DNA of 64,000 bases from a virus (lineage: Duplodnaviria; Caudoviricetes). The DNA is taken from positions 1-64,000 of IMG/VR virus record IMGVR_UViG_3300035698_013504; one strand, given 5' to 3'. The position numbers and the translations under genes were made by a program. Shown piece by piece: positions 1-9,400 of the stretch (positions are counted from its first letter, which is position 1; each line of letters opens with the position of its first letter). The notes beneath the pieces were generated by a model. That model searched no databases. It was not told the DNA's origin and was given only the letters and a program-made list of their open reading frames with translations.

Positions 1-34
1 ATTCCTCGATCACATTGATTGGGGCTATCTGCAC

Positions 35-295
35 GTGCAGATGGACGAGCTTACGGCCGCGGCGAATATGGCGCCCGACCCTGGAGGGCAGGTTCTCCGC
101 GATCTTGTGTGTCTTCTTCATGGCCTACAGGATCTTGCCATTGATGAGTGGAAAGCCCCGCGTGACGGGATGACGAGTAACTACAAGTCGGACGAGGACG
201 ACAAGGACCTTCTAACGAAGATCGACGACCTGAGTAGGGATTTGGATAAGTCCAGGCGGTTAGTCGATCAACGGTACCCGGAGAGACGACGATGA
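35..295 (+). CDS. hypothetical protein (start uncertain)
   Basis: ORF whose stop overlaps the next start (ATGA at 292-295). Confidence 0.45.
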   Translation: MQMDELTAAANMAPDPGGQVLRDLVCLLHGLQDLAIDEWKAPRDGMTSNYKSDEDDKDLLTKIDDLSRDLDKSRRLVDQRYPERRR

Positions 296-504
296 AGCTA
301 CCTAAGGGCTGTGCGGTACAGAGCCGCGTATTGAAAGAGACGATCGCGGCAACAGCTCCGAGGGAGGACGCCGTAAAGCTGTCTCTTTGGATGGAGTCTC
401 AAGGGTTCTTTAATGCCCAGCAATTCGACATACCCATGCGCCCCGGCCGAGTAAGACTGTGGGCCGAGCGCCACATTACAAAGGGAGACTGGCATGCTTC
501 ATGA
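292..504 (+). CDS. hypothetical protein
   Basis: Coupled to both neighbours; GGAG upstream. Confidence 0.5.
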   Translation: MKLPKGCAVQSRVLKETIAATAPREDAVKLSLWMESQGFFNAQQFDIPMRPGRVRLWAERHITKGDWHAS

Positions 505-1090
505 GATCTACCCCGCCGTATTGGTTATCATCGCGCTTGTTACGGCCCTTGCCGTGATCCGGAGCGCCCGTGAGCGCAACAAGGCCGCCTACAACATGAA
601 CCTGTTGGTCCTCGAGGGTCTGGTGCGTATCACGGCCGGGCAGACGTCGGCCTGCGGAGCCTCCAAGGACATCCTGCAGCGCGTCGGCTGGTTACGAGAA
701 ACCACCGGGTCCGTTGATGAGGGTGTCGCCGACACTTTGGAATGCGTGCGACTACTTCGTTTAGCAGGCTTGGAGAAGCAGATAAGCGCGCTGCTCATCA
801 AGAACCTTATTGGTCATACGGACTGGAAGCTCTTCAGAGAACAGAAGGCCTTCCTCGTGGAGAACTCGGGTCACGATGAGCGCGCTGACGGCCTGCTTAG
901 CTTTCTCGACAAGCTGCAGGACATATTCGTAAAGGGCTTCGACTTCTCCGAGGAAGAGATCTTTGGTAAGTACGACGAGGCCGAGACAGACGGAGCGCAG
1001 TCGGATTTCGATATATCCGACTTGAACAACGTACCCCCCGACGCCGAGCCGGATGAAGCCTCGGTAGAAGAAGCGTGTGACGAAGACTAG
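494..1090 (+). CDS. membrane-anchored hypothetical protein with acidic tail
   Basis: N-terminal hydrophobic helix IYPAVLVIIALVTALAVI, D/E-rich C-terminus, GGGAG RBS. Confidence 0.7.
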   Translation: MLHEIYPAVLVIIALVTALAVIRSARERNKAAYNMNLLVLEGLVRITAGQTSACGASKDILQRVGWLRETTGSVDEGVADTLECVRLLRLAGLEKQISALLIKNLIGHTDWKLFREQKAFLVENSGHDERADGLLSFLDKLQDIFVKGFDFSEEEIFGKYDEAETDGAQSDFDISDLNNVPPDAEPDEASVEEACDED

Positions 1091-1099
1091 GAGATAGCG

Positions 1100-1447
1100 A
1101 TGTTCCCCAGGACCCCTCCGAAGACACCGACGACGTCGTCGGGTCCGAGCGCGGGGATGCTGGCGCCAGTAATCAAAGCGATGGTTGAGGACCTGGCTTT
1201 CAGCATTACTCAGCGTATCGGACGAAGTCTGGACTGGCGCGGCCCGTCCACCGATCCCCGGCTAGTGTCATACATTAGTCGAATAGTAATGCGGGAGCCA
1301 GAGCTCGCCATGGAACATGCGCAGCTCTTGAAGCAAGTTACGCCAGAGGAGCGGGATGAAGATCCCGACCTTGAGCGTATGTCGCAAGAGGTAGACTACA
1401 GGCTGCTGAAGGACCGCAAAGCGCTAGTAGCTCACCTCGCAGTGTGA
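1100..1447 (+). CDS. hypothetical protein
   Basis: GGAG RBS; 9 nt after the previous stop. Confidence 0.6.
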   Translation: MFPRTPPKTPTTSSGPSAGMLAPVIKAMVEDLAFSITQRIGRSLDWRGPSTDPRLVSYISRIVMREPELAMEHAQLLKQVTPEERDEDPDLERMSQEVDYRLLKDRKALVAHLAV

Positions 1448-1511
1448 GAGACGTATCGGCACTAGAGAGGGCGACCCTACCCTTTGACAAGGTAGGGAGC
1501 CCTCTCTGTTT

Positions 1512-2168
1512 ATGGAGACTAAGATGCATTCAGTACACAACTTTCTTTTGCACACTGAGATCGAGAGTATACCGCTGGCCGAGATCGGTCAATGGGCCCT
1601 GACGGCCTATAAGGAGGGGTTTGAGCACATCCTGGATGAGAACAACTGGGATAGCCCGCTATACGCTGTCACCAGCAGAGGTGACGTTGTTGAGGTCTTT
1701 GGTCATGACCCGGATGCGAGGCACGCAAGCCGCGAAGCTACGGCTGTCTCAATAGGGTCTCGCTGGGAATGGGCGCGTAAACTTGCCACTGAGTGTGTTG
1801 CCACAGACATGCGCCTCTTCGGCGTGTCTGATGTTTCGATTCGGAGCCCAGTAGACCACAGACCCCCTCACGGGGAGAACGAGCTCCTGAGATACACGGC
1901 AGACGAGCTCATAGGTAAAATCTGCACACATATACCCACCCGGTTGTCGACAGCATATACGGCGGCATGCGGCCGTTCGCCCCAGCCAAGCATTGCGGGG
2001 CACGAGAGGCGGGCGTTGGCCGCGCAGTACGAAGCGTTCATGCGTTGTGACACACCACCTTTCACGCCTACAGGGTACGGAATGACGCCCTATACCTACA
2101 GGGCGCACGATCTCACCTATGAGAGCGAGGGGGGAAACGTAATCCTCTTCGTGGACATCCACACGTAA
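1512..2168 (+). CDS. hypothetical protein
   Basis: 218-aa ORF followed by a hairpin/terminator. Confidence 0.6.
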   Translation: METKMHSVHNFLLHTEIESIPLAEIGQWALTAYKEGFEHILDENNWDSPLYAVTSRGDVVEVFGHDPDARHASREATAVSIGSRWEWARKLATECVATDMRLFGVSDVSIRSPVDHRPPHGENELLRYTADELIGKICTHIPTRLSTAYTAACGRSPQPSIAGHERRALAAQYEAFMRCDTPPFTPTGYGMTPYTYRAHDLTYESEGGNVILFVDIHT

Positions 2169-2240
2169 ACAACAAGATGCGGGCGCGTACACCGAGTCAG
2201 CTAAAACCCATATCCATTGTGGCTAGACTTCGACTGTGCT

Positions 2241-2284
2241 GGTGACCGACTCAATACAACGAGTCGGTCACCGCCTGCGCTTTT
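2241..2284 (+). terminator. probable intrinsic terminator
   Basis: Perfect 12-bp stem GGTGACCGACTC-8nt-GAGTCGGTCACC with TTTT 8 nt downstream. Confidence 0.55.
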
Positions 2285-2302
2285 ACTTAGCCCTTGTCTG
2301 TG

Positions 2303-2323
2303 ACGCGTTACTATAGATTGGAG
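2303..2323 (+). promoter_or_regulatory. candidate phage promoter motif ACGCGTTACTATAGATTGGAG
   Basis: Identical 21-mer at 18392-18412; variants at 27073, 29292 and 33614; all intergenic and upstream of + strand genes. Confidence 0.55.
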
Positions 2324-2386
2324 TCGAGTTTCATCCCATTCGTGGGGTGGCTGCGGCTCCTTCTCTTATATCTACGGAGGACAACT

Positions 2387-2881
2387 GTGTTGCAATGGAA
2401 GGTCAAGCCACATCCGTGGTTCCGGGCACTCGTGAGATGGTCGCTGTACAACATGATCCTTGAGTGTGATGCTCCGGACTACTTCAATAACCCGAGTCTC
2501 CGCGGGGAGCTGAACGTAGCCGATACGACACGAGGAAACATCAGGGACTTGTGTGTCCAGCTACTAGAGGGGTCGCAGTCGACTACCTGCTACCAGCCCT
2601 CCTTCAGGGCGTTCGCCGTCTTGAATCGCGTGATTTACTTTGCGCTGTCTAATGCGCACGACGTTTCGGATGACACAGACGTCATCGAAGAGTTCTACTT
2701 CCCCGTGTGGCTCGACCCCAGTGAGGTCATAACGCTCGGAAGTCAGGACTACGCGCTTGTTGTCGTTGATCCGCCGCCGGACAACCCAAGGGATGCAACA
2801 AGAGAACCGGAAGAATGTCTTTACCTCGAGCGCGGCGAAGGCGTCGCGGTTTACCCCAACCGCGCAGGGAGGCTCCTCTAA
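2387..2881 (+). CDS. MLRW-family paralog 1 of 13 (unknown function)
   Basis: GTG start after GGAGG; VLQWKVKPHPWFRALVRWSLY..ECDAP signature. Confidence 0.85.
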   Translation: MLQWKVKPHPWFRALVRWSLYNMILECDAPDYFNNPSLRGELNVADTTRGNIRDLCVQLLEGSQSTTCYQPSFRAFAVLNRVIYFALSNAHDVSDDTDVIEEFYFPVWLDPSEVITLGSQDYALVVVDPPPDNPRDATREPEECLYLERGEGVAVYPNRAGRLL

Positions 2882-3354
2882 TGCTGAATTGGAAAAAGAT
2901 GCCACACCAGTGGTTTCGAAAGCTCGTCCAATGGTCCCTCTATAGGGCGATACTGGAGTGTGACCTTCCCATGTGTTTCGCAGGCCGTAGTTTACGGCGT
3001 ACCCTCGTCCTGGATCATATGACGAACGATAACTTCAGGCAGATGTGTGAGACCATCTTGTTGGCGTCGAAGAGTGCGCAATGTCACAGGCTCACAGGGT
3101 ACCAGGCTGAAGTTCTGTATCGTGTGCTGGGTTGGGTATTTAATGGCCGCCTCGACGTTGTTAACGTCGCGATAGCCAGCGTCGAAGCAGCCTATTTTCC
3201 GGAGACGGGGGCTGCGGCTGCGGCCTGTACATTTACGGCTCCACTCCCGTCTGATTTCCGGTTAGAGCTCTTTGACGGGCGGCTCCCGCCTAACGGGATT
3301 GACGCCGACCCGGAGATGCGGCTCCTTCTACACAACGACGTTGGGATCAACTAG
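2881..3354 (+). CDS. MLRW-family paralog 2
   Basis: TAATG overlap; MLNWKKMPHQWFRKLVQWSLYRAILECD. Confidence 0.85.
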   Translation: MLNWKKMPHQWFRKLVQWSLYRAILECDLPMCFAGRSLRRTLVLDHMTNDNFRQMCETILLASKSAQCHRLTGYQAEVLYRVLGWVFNGRLDVVNVAIASVEAAYFPETGAAAAACTFTAPLPSDFRLELFDGRLPPNGIDADPEMRLLLHNDVGIN

Positions 3355-3385
3355 GACAACCGCCCCTACTAGAGAGACTACGCTC

Positions 3386-4018
3386 ATGCTTAGATGGAAA
3401 GTCGCACCACACCCGTGGTTCCAGTTACTTGTACAGTGGGCGCTTTACACAGCTATCGTAAAGTGCGATACCCCGCCCTCCCTCCGCCAGCGGCCTGTGC
3501 ACGATCAGCTGGGCCTGCCGCATATGACTGATGGCGACATTCGGCTGATGTGTTCCAACATGCTGGTGGCGTCTAAGAGTGGAGAGAACTACCTACCCAA
3601 AGAGTATGGGTTTCGGGTTATACGCTCCGTGCTGTACTGGGCGCTCACCAGCTTACCCGGTATCTCGTCGCAGGCGACAAATAACATCGTCCAGCGATAC
3701 TGTTATGACGTCGTTGAGGAGGATATCAGGGATAGACCCCCTGATCAGGTGGAATACGTCGCCCACTCGACAGGTTTCAGGCAGGCCGACAACACCACGG
3801 ACCCAGAAGAAGACGAGCTGTACTGTCTGTTTGGTATCGCGAGTGGCGCGGTTGACGCTGACCCGCGCAGCAGTTTCGACGAGGCCGTTGCCGCCCACTA
3901 CGGTAGCAACCTCGCTGTTCCGGGCACCACTTTCGAACGGATCACTTCCAACTCCTACGAGATCAACGTCAGCCCCACCGGCCGCGCCCGCAGTTCCTCG
4001 GTTAGCACCAGCTTCTAG
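3386..4018 (+). CDS. MLRW-family paralog 3 (extended C-terminus)
   Basis: MLRWKVAPHPWFQLLVQWALYTAIVKCD. Confidence 0.85.
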   Translation: MLRWKVAPHPWFQLLVQWALYTAIVKCDTPPSLRQRPVHDQLGLPHMTDGDIRLMCSNMLVASKSGENYLPKEYGFRVIRSVLYWALTSLPGISSQATNNIVQRYCYDVVEEDIRDRPPDQVEYVAHSTGFRQADNTTDPEEDELYCLFGIASGAVDADPRSSFDEAVAAHYGSNLAVPGTTFERITSNSYEINVSPTGRARSSSVSTSF

Positions 4019-4031
4019 AGAGACTACGCTC

Positions 4032-4514
4032 ATGCTTAGATGGAAAGTCAAACCCAACCCGTGGTTCCAGGAGCTCATGCAGTGGGCGTTGTACCAAACA
4101 ATCCTGGATTGCCGCAGGCCCCGCTATCTCTGCTCCGCGCAGATACACCGGGACTTAACCCTGTCACACATGGACGATGGTGAAGTAGACATCATGTGTA
4201 CTGCGCTACTACGCGCGTCGAAAGCCGGGGCATGCTTTCGGCCGACGACGTACCAGTTCCTCGTTTTGAGCCGCGTACTCGATAGGGCGATCAACTGGTC
4301 GAATGGTATCGTTGGATCCGCGACGGATTCCATCATCGATCGATACTTCCCGGATAGCCTACCCATGACGGATGCAGGTAGACGTCCAGTAGTGGGGGAC
4401 TTTAGCCTGATGCTTGGCGACGAGCCGCCGCTCAATGTTTCGCTTCCCGACGAGGAGCGCCGGACCTGCCTATTCGTTGACCCGAATAACGACGAGGACG
4501 ACATCCCCTATTAA
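4032..4514 (+). CDS. MLRW-family paralog 4
   Basis: MLRWKVKPNPWFQELMQWALYQTILDC. Confidence 0.85.
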   Translation: MLRWKVKPNPWFQELMQWALYQTILDCRRPRYLCSAQIHRDLTLSHMDDGEVDIMCTALLRASKAGACFRPTTYQFLVLSRVLDRAINWSNGIVGSATDSIIDRYFPDSLPMTDAGRRPVVGDFSLMLGDEPPLNVSLPDEERRTCLFVDPNNDEDDIPY

Positions 4515-4524
4515 GGAGCCGCAC

Positions 4525-5010
4525 ATGTTGTGTTGGAACTCAAAGCCTCACCGATGGTTCCAGGACCTTGTGGAGTGGTCACTGTATAAGTTCATCTTGG
4601 AGTGCCGAATCCCGTATTGTCTCGGTGACCCGCCTATGGTCGTTGATCTGGGCCTGGTACACATGACTGACGCCGAGCTGGTGACGATGTGCACCGCGTT
4701 GCTGCAGGCGTCAAAGCGTGAGAGGTACTATCAGCCCACCCGGTACCAGTTCATGGTCTTGGACATTATGCTTAGCAAGATACTCGGCACCAGGAGAAAC
4801 GTCGCCAGGGCCGCACATGGCAACATCCTCTTAAGATACTTCCCGCCCCGTCCTGATGGCGATTTCCGCGCCACGACGCCTCGTCTGAGTGACTACGTGT
4901 TAGACCCTGTCCCCGATCCCCCGCTTAACTACGCGACTCCAAGCGCTGAAGAGGTAGCCTGCCTCCGCACTAACCATCTCGGTGAGGTCGTAGAGCCTCC
5001 CGCATTCTGA
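4525..5010 (+). CDS. MLRW-family paralog 5
   Basis: AAGGAG RBS; MLCWNSKPHRWFQDLVEWSLY. Confidence 0.85.
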   Translation: MLCWNSKPHRWFQDLVEWSLYKFILECRIPYCLGDPPMVVDLGLVHMTDAELVTMCTALLQASKRERYYQPTRYQFMVLDIMLSKILGTRRNVARAAHGNILLRYFPPRPDGDFRATTPRLSDYVLDPVPDPPLNYATPSAEEVACLRTNHLGEVVEPPAF

Positions 5011-5022
5011 GGAAGAACACCC

Positions 5023-5505
5023 ATGTTGAAATGGACAGTACGGCCCCACCGCTGGTTTCAGGAGTTAGTACAGTGGTCGCTCTATCGCGTGATCATTGAG
5101 TGTGACAAGCCGCCTTACTGTAACAGTCCGAACGTACCGCGGGCGGTAGAGATGTCGAGCCTGTCTGTCGAAGACATACGCCGCATGTGTACGGGGCTTC
5201 TGGAAAAGTCAAAGAGTCCGGTCACTTACCTTCCTACCCTGCAGGCGTTTGGGGTCCTGGATCGCGTGATCTACTGGGTGCTGGAAGAAATGTGTTGTGT
5301 TGATGGTGACGCTATGGATACCATTAACAATCACTATTTTCCTCCGGAGTTTGAGTCTGGCGCGCTCGTTAATATCACAGTGGACGACTACGTGTTCACG
5401 CCAGCCGAGGTGCCAGCGGACAACCCCGTGAGCCCGGAGGATGACCTAGAGGCTTGTCTCCATCTTGACGAAGGGGAAGCCGCCGAGTTTTACCCGACAC
5501 CCTAA
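5023..5505 (+). CDS. MLRW-family paralog 6
   Basis: MLKWTVRPHRWFQELVQWSLYRVIIECD. Confidence 0.85.
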   Translation: MLKWTVRPHRWFQELVQWSLYRVIIECDKPPYCNSPNVPRAVEMSSLSVEDIRRMCTGLLEKSKSPVTYLPTLQAFGVLDRVIYWVLEEMCCVDGDAMDTINNHYFPPEFESGALVNITVDDYVFTPAEVPADNPVSPEDDLEACLHLDEGEAAEFYPTP

Positions 5506-5517
5506 GGAAGGATACCC

Positions 5518-5991
5518 ATGCTACGATGGAATGTTCAAACCCGCCCTTGGTTCGCACAATTTGTTCAGTGGGCACTCTACCGCGCTATTGTGCAGTGCGA
5601 CACTCCAGATTTCTTGGAGGTCGATCCTCTGAGCGAAACCTTTGGCCTGAGCCATATGGATGATGACGACTTGCGACGTATGTGTACTGCGTTGCTGCGG
5701 GCGTCAAAGCTTAACAACTACTGTCAGCCCACGGGGTACCAGTTCGCGGTCATGTTCCAAGTGCTCGACTGGGCGCTGCAGGATGCGGATGTCATTGACG
5801 ACACTTCGATGCGCGCCATTGCCGACCGCTACTTCCCGGCGCCGAACCCTACAATGCTGTACTTAAACTCACGGACCGAGGCTTCAGACTACGAGTTGGT
5901 ACCGGTTAACGCGCCCCCGTTTAACCCCATGGACCGTACGCGTGACATAGAGAGTTGCCTCTTCACCGAACAGCGCGACAACTCCGAGTAA
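5518..5991 (+). CDS. MLRW-family paralog 7
   Basis: MLRWNVQTRPWFAQFVQWALYRAIVQCD. Confidence 0.85.
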   Translation: MLRWNVQTRPWFAQFVQWALYRAIVQCDTPDFLEVDPLSETFGLSHMDDDDLRRMCTALLRASKLNNYCQPTGYQFAVMFQVLDWALQDADVIDDTSMRAIADRYFPAPNPTMLYLNSRTEASDYELVPVNAPPFNPMDRTRDIESCLFTEQRDNSE

Positions 5992-6003
5992 GGAAGAACA
6001 CCC

Positions 6004-6522
6004 ATGCTTAAATGGAGGCGACAACCTCACCCATGGTTTCAAGCGCTCATTCAGTGGGCGCTTTACAGGGCGATCATAAGATGTGATGAGCCCAGCTACT
6101 TCAACGGCACCCCGCTGAGCACGACCCTGGACTTGCATCATCTCAATGACCTGATCTTGCGGGGCATGTGTGCGCAGCTGTTGCTCGCGTCTAAGGGCGA
6201 TCTGTGTTACAGGCCTTCAGGGTATCATTTCTCGGTACTGTACCGTGTGATCTCGTGGGCGCTTAGGGGTATGCCGGGTGTTTTGACGACGGCTACGTCT
6301 AACATTTTCGCCCGATACTTTCCGGCTATCAACATCATATCCATCGTGGCCAGGCCGACGCGGCCCACGGACTACGACTTGCTGCCAACAGCTCTCCCTG
6401 CGCCTCACCACCTGATACCTGAGGTTGATAGAGATACGTGTCTCTTCGGCCTAAGGGAGCAGGACGACGAGGACGACGAAGAGCAGGTCGACGACATGGG
6501 CTACGCCTGGCCACGAAGGTGA
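6004..6522 (+). CDS. MLRW-family paralog 8
   Basis: MLKWRRQPHPWFQALIQWALYRAIIRCD. Confidence 0.85.
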   Translation: MLKWRRQPHPWFQALIQWALYRAIIRCDEPSYFNGTPLSTTLDLHHLNDLILRGMCAQLLLASKGDLCYRPSGYHFSVLYRVISWALRGMPGVLTTATSNIFARYFPAINIISIVARPTRPTDYDLLPTALPAPHHLIPEVDRDTCLFGLREQDDEDDEEQVDDMGYAWPRR

Positions 6523-6552
6523 GAACAATATCGAGTTCTAGAAAGGACACGC

Positions 6553-7035
6553 ATGCTAAACTGGAGAGTAAGACCACACCCGTGGTTTCAGGAGCTCGTT
6601 CAGTGGGCGCTTTACAAGGCGATCATACGGTGTGACAGGCCCGACTACTTTGACGGCCTGCCCCTGACCGCACGCATGGCTCTGCCGCATATGGTCGACG
6701 CCGACCTACGTCGTATGTGTACAGTGCTGCTACGTGGGTCAAAACGTGACGTATGTCTGCAACCCACAGGCTACCAGTTTGTGGTTCTGCGCCGTGTGAT
6801 TTCCTGGGTGCTCAACGATACCAGCGCTGTTGCTGCTGCCTCCGGCAACATTAACATCCGGTATTGCCCGCCAAGTGACGTCCTGCCTCTGGTGCTTAGT
6901 AGGCCGCAGGATGGAGATTACGAGTTGACGCTCGCGCTTCCACCGGCCCTTAACAGCTCGGACCCTGCGACTGATATGGAGCTCTGCCTCTTTACGGAGC
7001 CCCTTACCGACCACAACAACCACGACCCCTCATAG
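6553..7035 (+). CDS. MLRW-family paralog 9
   Basis: MLNWRVRPHPWFQELVQWALYKAIIRCD. Confidence 0.85.
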   Translation: MLNWRVRPHPWFQELVQWALYKAIIRCDRPDYFDGLPLTARMALPHMVDADLRRMCTVLLRGSKRDVCLQPTGYQFVVLRRVISWVLNDTSAVAAASGNINIRYCPPSDVLPLVLSRPQDGDYELTLALPPALNSSDPATDMELCLFTEPLTDHNNHDPS

Positions 7036-7046
7036 AAAGGCTTATC

Positions 7047-7535
7047 ATGCTCAGATGGAGATTCATGCCTTACCCATGGTTCACCAGGGTCGTACACTGG
7101 GCGCTTTACCGCGCGATCCTGGAATGCACTGTGCCCTCCGAGTTTGCCGCTGAGACCCTCTCTCATGCACTGGGCCTCCCCCGTATGTGCGATGACAACA
7201 TCGCGCGGATGTGTACGGCGATCCTGATTGCGTCGAAGGATGAAACGCGGTGGTTTCAGCCCACCCCGTACCAGTTCGCCGTCATGGATCACATCTTCTT
7301 TTGGGTGTTTGAGGATTACGGCGAGGTGGTCGAAGAGGCATCAGACAACATCGTTAGGCACTACATTGCGCCTACACGTGAGTTGTCGTGCTACACAACC
7401 CGGGACCCGTCTCCGGGCGACTACATGCTAGAGGCTACAGGAGCGCCCCCGCGTAACCCCCGACTTTCCTCGGTGGATCCGCAGATCTGTCTCTTCCTTG
7501 AGTCCAATGAGGGTGAGAACAACGACTACGACTAG
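7047..7535 (+). CDS. MLRW-family paralog 10
   Basis: MLRWRFMPYPWFTRVVHWALYRAILEC. Confidence 0.85.
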   Translation: MLRWRFMPYPWFTRVVHWALYRAILECTVPSEFAAETLSHALGLPRMCDDNIARMCTAILIASKDETRWFQPTPYQFAVMDHIFFWVFEDYGEVVEEASDNIVRHYIAPTRELSCYTTRDPSPGDYMLEATGAPPRNPRLSSVDPQICLFLESNEGENNDYD

Positions 7536-7546
7536 AAAGGACACTC

Positions 7547-8056
7547 ATGCTTAGATGGAAGGTTACGGCCAACGAGTGGTTCACTGAGCTCGTAGAGTGG
7601 CTGCTCGGGTCCGCCGCTATGCGTTGTAATGCCCCGTGGTGTGTATCGCAAACGTCGTTCGTCGATCGCCTTGACCCGATAGCCATCGAAAGCGGTGACT
7701 TACGGGACATATGTCAACTGCTGTTGCGATCATCTACTGACAGCGCCCAGTATTGGGGGGTCACTGCGTATCAGCGGCTCATTGTCTACAGGCTGCTACA
7801 GTGGGGGCTTCATCATCATACCCATGCGGTGTACGACATCGCGCGGATATACTTCTTTGACACTACCTTCACCTTCCTCGCGGGGCAGGGCCCGTCGGAT
7901 GGGGATTTCCGTATGGTGTTGTCAGATGATCCGCCTAGAAACCTCATAAACGGGCATGATGAGGCGCGTCTATGCCTCATCGACGAATTCAACACTACAA
8001 GGCCTGATGGGAGCTTTCTCCCGCACTTCCAGGTCGGAACGGAACAGGAAGGCTAA
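7547..8056 (+). CDS. MLRW-family paralog 11 (divergent)
   Basis: MLRWKVTANEWFTELVEWLL..RCNAP. Confidence 0.8.
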   Translation: MLRWKVTANEWFTELVEWLLGSAAMRCNAPWCVSQTSFVDRLDPIAIESGDLRDICQLLLRSSTDSAQYWGVTAYQRLIVYRLLQWGLHHHTHAVYDIARIYFFDTTFTFLAGQGPSDGDFRMVLSDDPPRNLINGHDEARLCLIDEFNTTRPDGSFLPHFQVGTEQEG

Positions 8057-8059
8057 GTC

Positions 8060-8536
8060 ATGCTGAAGTGGGCTGTTGTACCGCACCAGTGGTTCGAGGA
8101 GCTCGTAGAATGGCTACTTGAGATAGCAATCGTAAGCTGTAAGCCGCCGCGGTGTCTCCGAGAGGGGACGTTCGTCGATATGCTCGGGCCGCTTAACGTA
8201 TCAGAAGAGGACTTACGTGACCGATGTCGACAACTGTTGCGCCTGTCCCGCTACCCCGGGGAATGGTATAGGATTCCGCCGGATCAGCTGTTGGTCGTCT
8301 ACCACTTGCTGCAATGGGGGTTTGAGCATCTCCCTCATGCCGCTAACAACATTGTTCAGGTGTATTTCCCCCGCGGCTTTCTAGAGGCCCCGCCGAGTTC
8401 TACCCTAGGCCCGGTTCCAAGTCTGACTTTCCGGGCCGGTCCGCCGCCCAGGAACCATACCCATCCCGGCGACGAGATGGAGAGATGTCTCAGGGGCGGC
8501 CGGGATGCGATGCGGCCCAGTATGGACCCGTCGTAA
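8060..8536 (+). CDS. MLRW-family paralog 12 (divergent)
   Basis: MLKWAVVPHQWFEELVEWLL..SCKPP. Confidence 0.8.
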   Translation: MLKWAVVPHQWFEELVEWLLEIAIVSCKPPRCLREGTFVDMLGPLNVSEEDLRDRCRQLLRLSRYPGEWYRIPPDQLLVVYHLLQWGFEHLPHAANNIVQVYFPRGFLEAPPSSTLGPVPSLTFRAGPPPRNHTHPGDEMERCLRGGRDAMRPSMDPS

Positions 8537-8563
8537 TCGATACCAAACAGAGAGGGTACCACT

Positions 8564-9064
8564 ATGCTGATGTGGACACACAAGCCTCATCCGTGGTTCC
8601 AGGAGTTCGTACGGTGGTCGCTTGCGCGGGCCATCACTGAGATTGACGCTCCGGCGTATCTTAGTAGGCCGCCGTTCTCCGACTCCATAGGCATCCGCGA
8701 AACGGACGACGACGTACTTGTCGCTATATTCGGGGAGATGTTGAGTTGCTCGTTGATGGACCACACGTACCGGCTCACCGCGTACCAGTTCTCGCTTATG
8801 TACCGGGTGTTGCGGTGGTCTCTACGGACCTGCGGCCGTATGAACACTTCGGCGCTGCTTCAAATGCGGGGAATGTATATGCCGGGAACGGACTACTTGG
8901 CACTCTGCGCTGCTGCACGGCCGGAGCACGCAGAGATCAGAATGGCGTGGGATCCCCCCTGCCACAACCCGAGGAGTTCGACCGACGAGATGGCCGCGGT
9001 TATGCGTGGCTACAGGTCCTCCCTGGACATACCGACGTACATACACCGAGAGGAGGCGCACTAG
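8564..9064 (+). CDS. MLRW-family paralog 13
   Basis: MLMWTHKPHPWFQEFVRWSLARAI. Confidence 0.8.
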   Translation: MLMWTHKPHPWFQEFVRWSLARAITEIDAPAYLSRPPFSDSIGIRETDDDVLVAIFGEMLSCSLMDHTYRLTAYQFSLMYRVLRWSLRTCGRMNTSALLQMRGMYMPGTDYLALCAAARPEHAEIRMAWDPPCHNPRSSTDEMAAVMRGYRSSLDIPTYIHREEAH

Positions 9065-9065
9065 G

Positions 9066-9377
9066 ATGCACAAGCTGTCACTCACGCTAGAACTACCGTC
9101 GGCGATAGGTAGGACCGAGACGGCGGCGTTACAGGCCATAGTGGCGAACTGCGCCTCGTTACAGCGGTATGAGCTCGTCGTTGCCGAGGGCGAGGATGCC
9201 CCAGGGTTTGAGCTGGTTGAGAAGGCGTGGGTCTCTGGAGAGAACCCGTCTGTTGCACTTCCCTTTGGTCTTCCCGGCAGAATACCTGTTGTAGTGGACG
9301 AACACCTCGAAGCGATACTCTCGCATAACGCCGAGGTCCAAGAGGCGTCACCTGCGCGCAGGACGAAGGAGGAGTAG
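9066..9377 (+). CDS. hypothetical protein
   Basis: GAGGAGG RBS; ATG immediately after the previous stop. Confidence 0.6.
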   Translation: MHKLSLTLELPSAIGRTETAALQAIVANCASLQRYELVVAEGEDAPGFELVEKAWVSGENPSVALPFGLPGRIPVVVDEHLEAILSHNAEVQEASPARRTKEE

Positions 9378-9400
9378 GTTAACCATTGGAGGGGCGAACT

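Noticed and set aside
2387-9064. Diversity-generating retroelement behind the paralog array
   Set aside because: No reverse transcriptase and no template/variable repeat pair differing only at adenines
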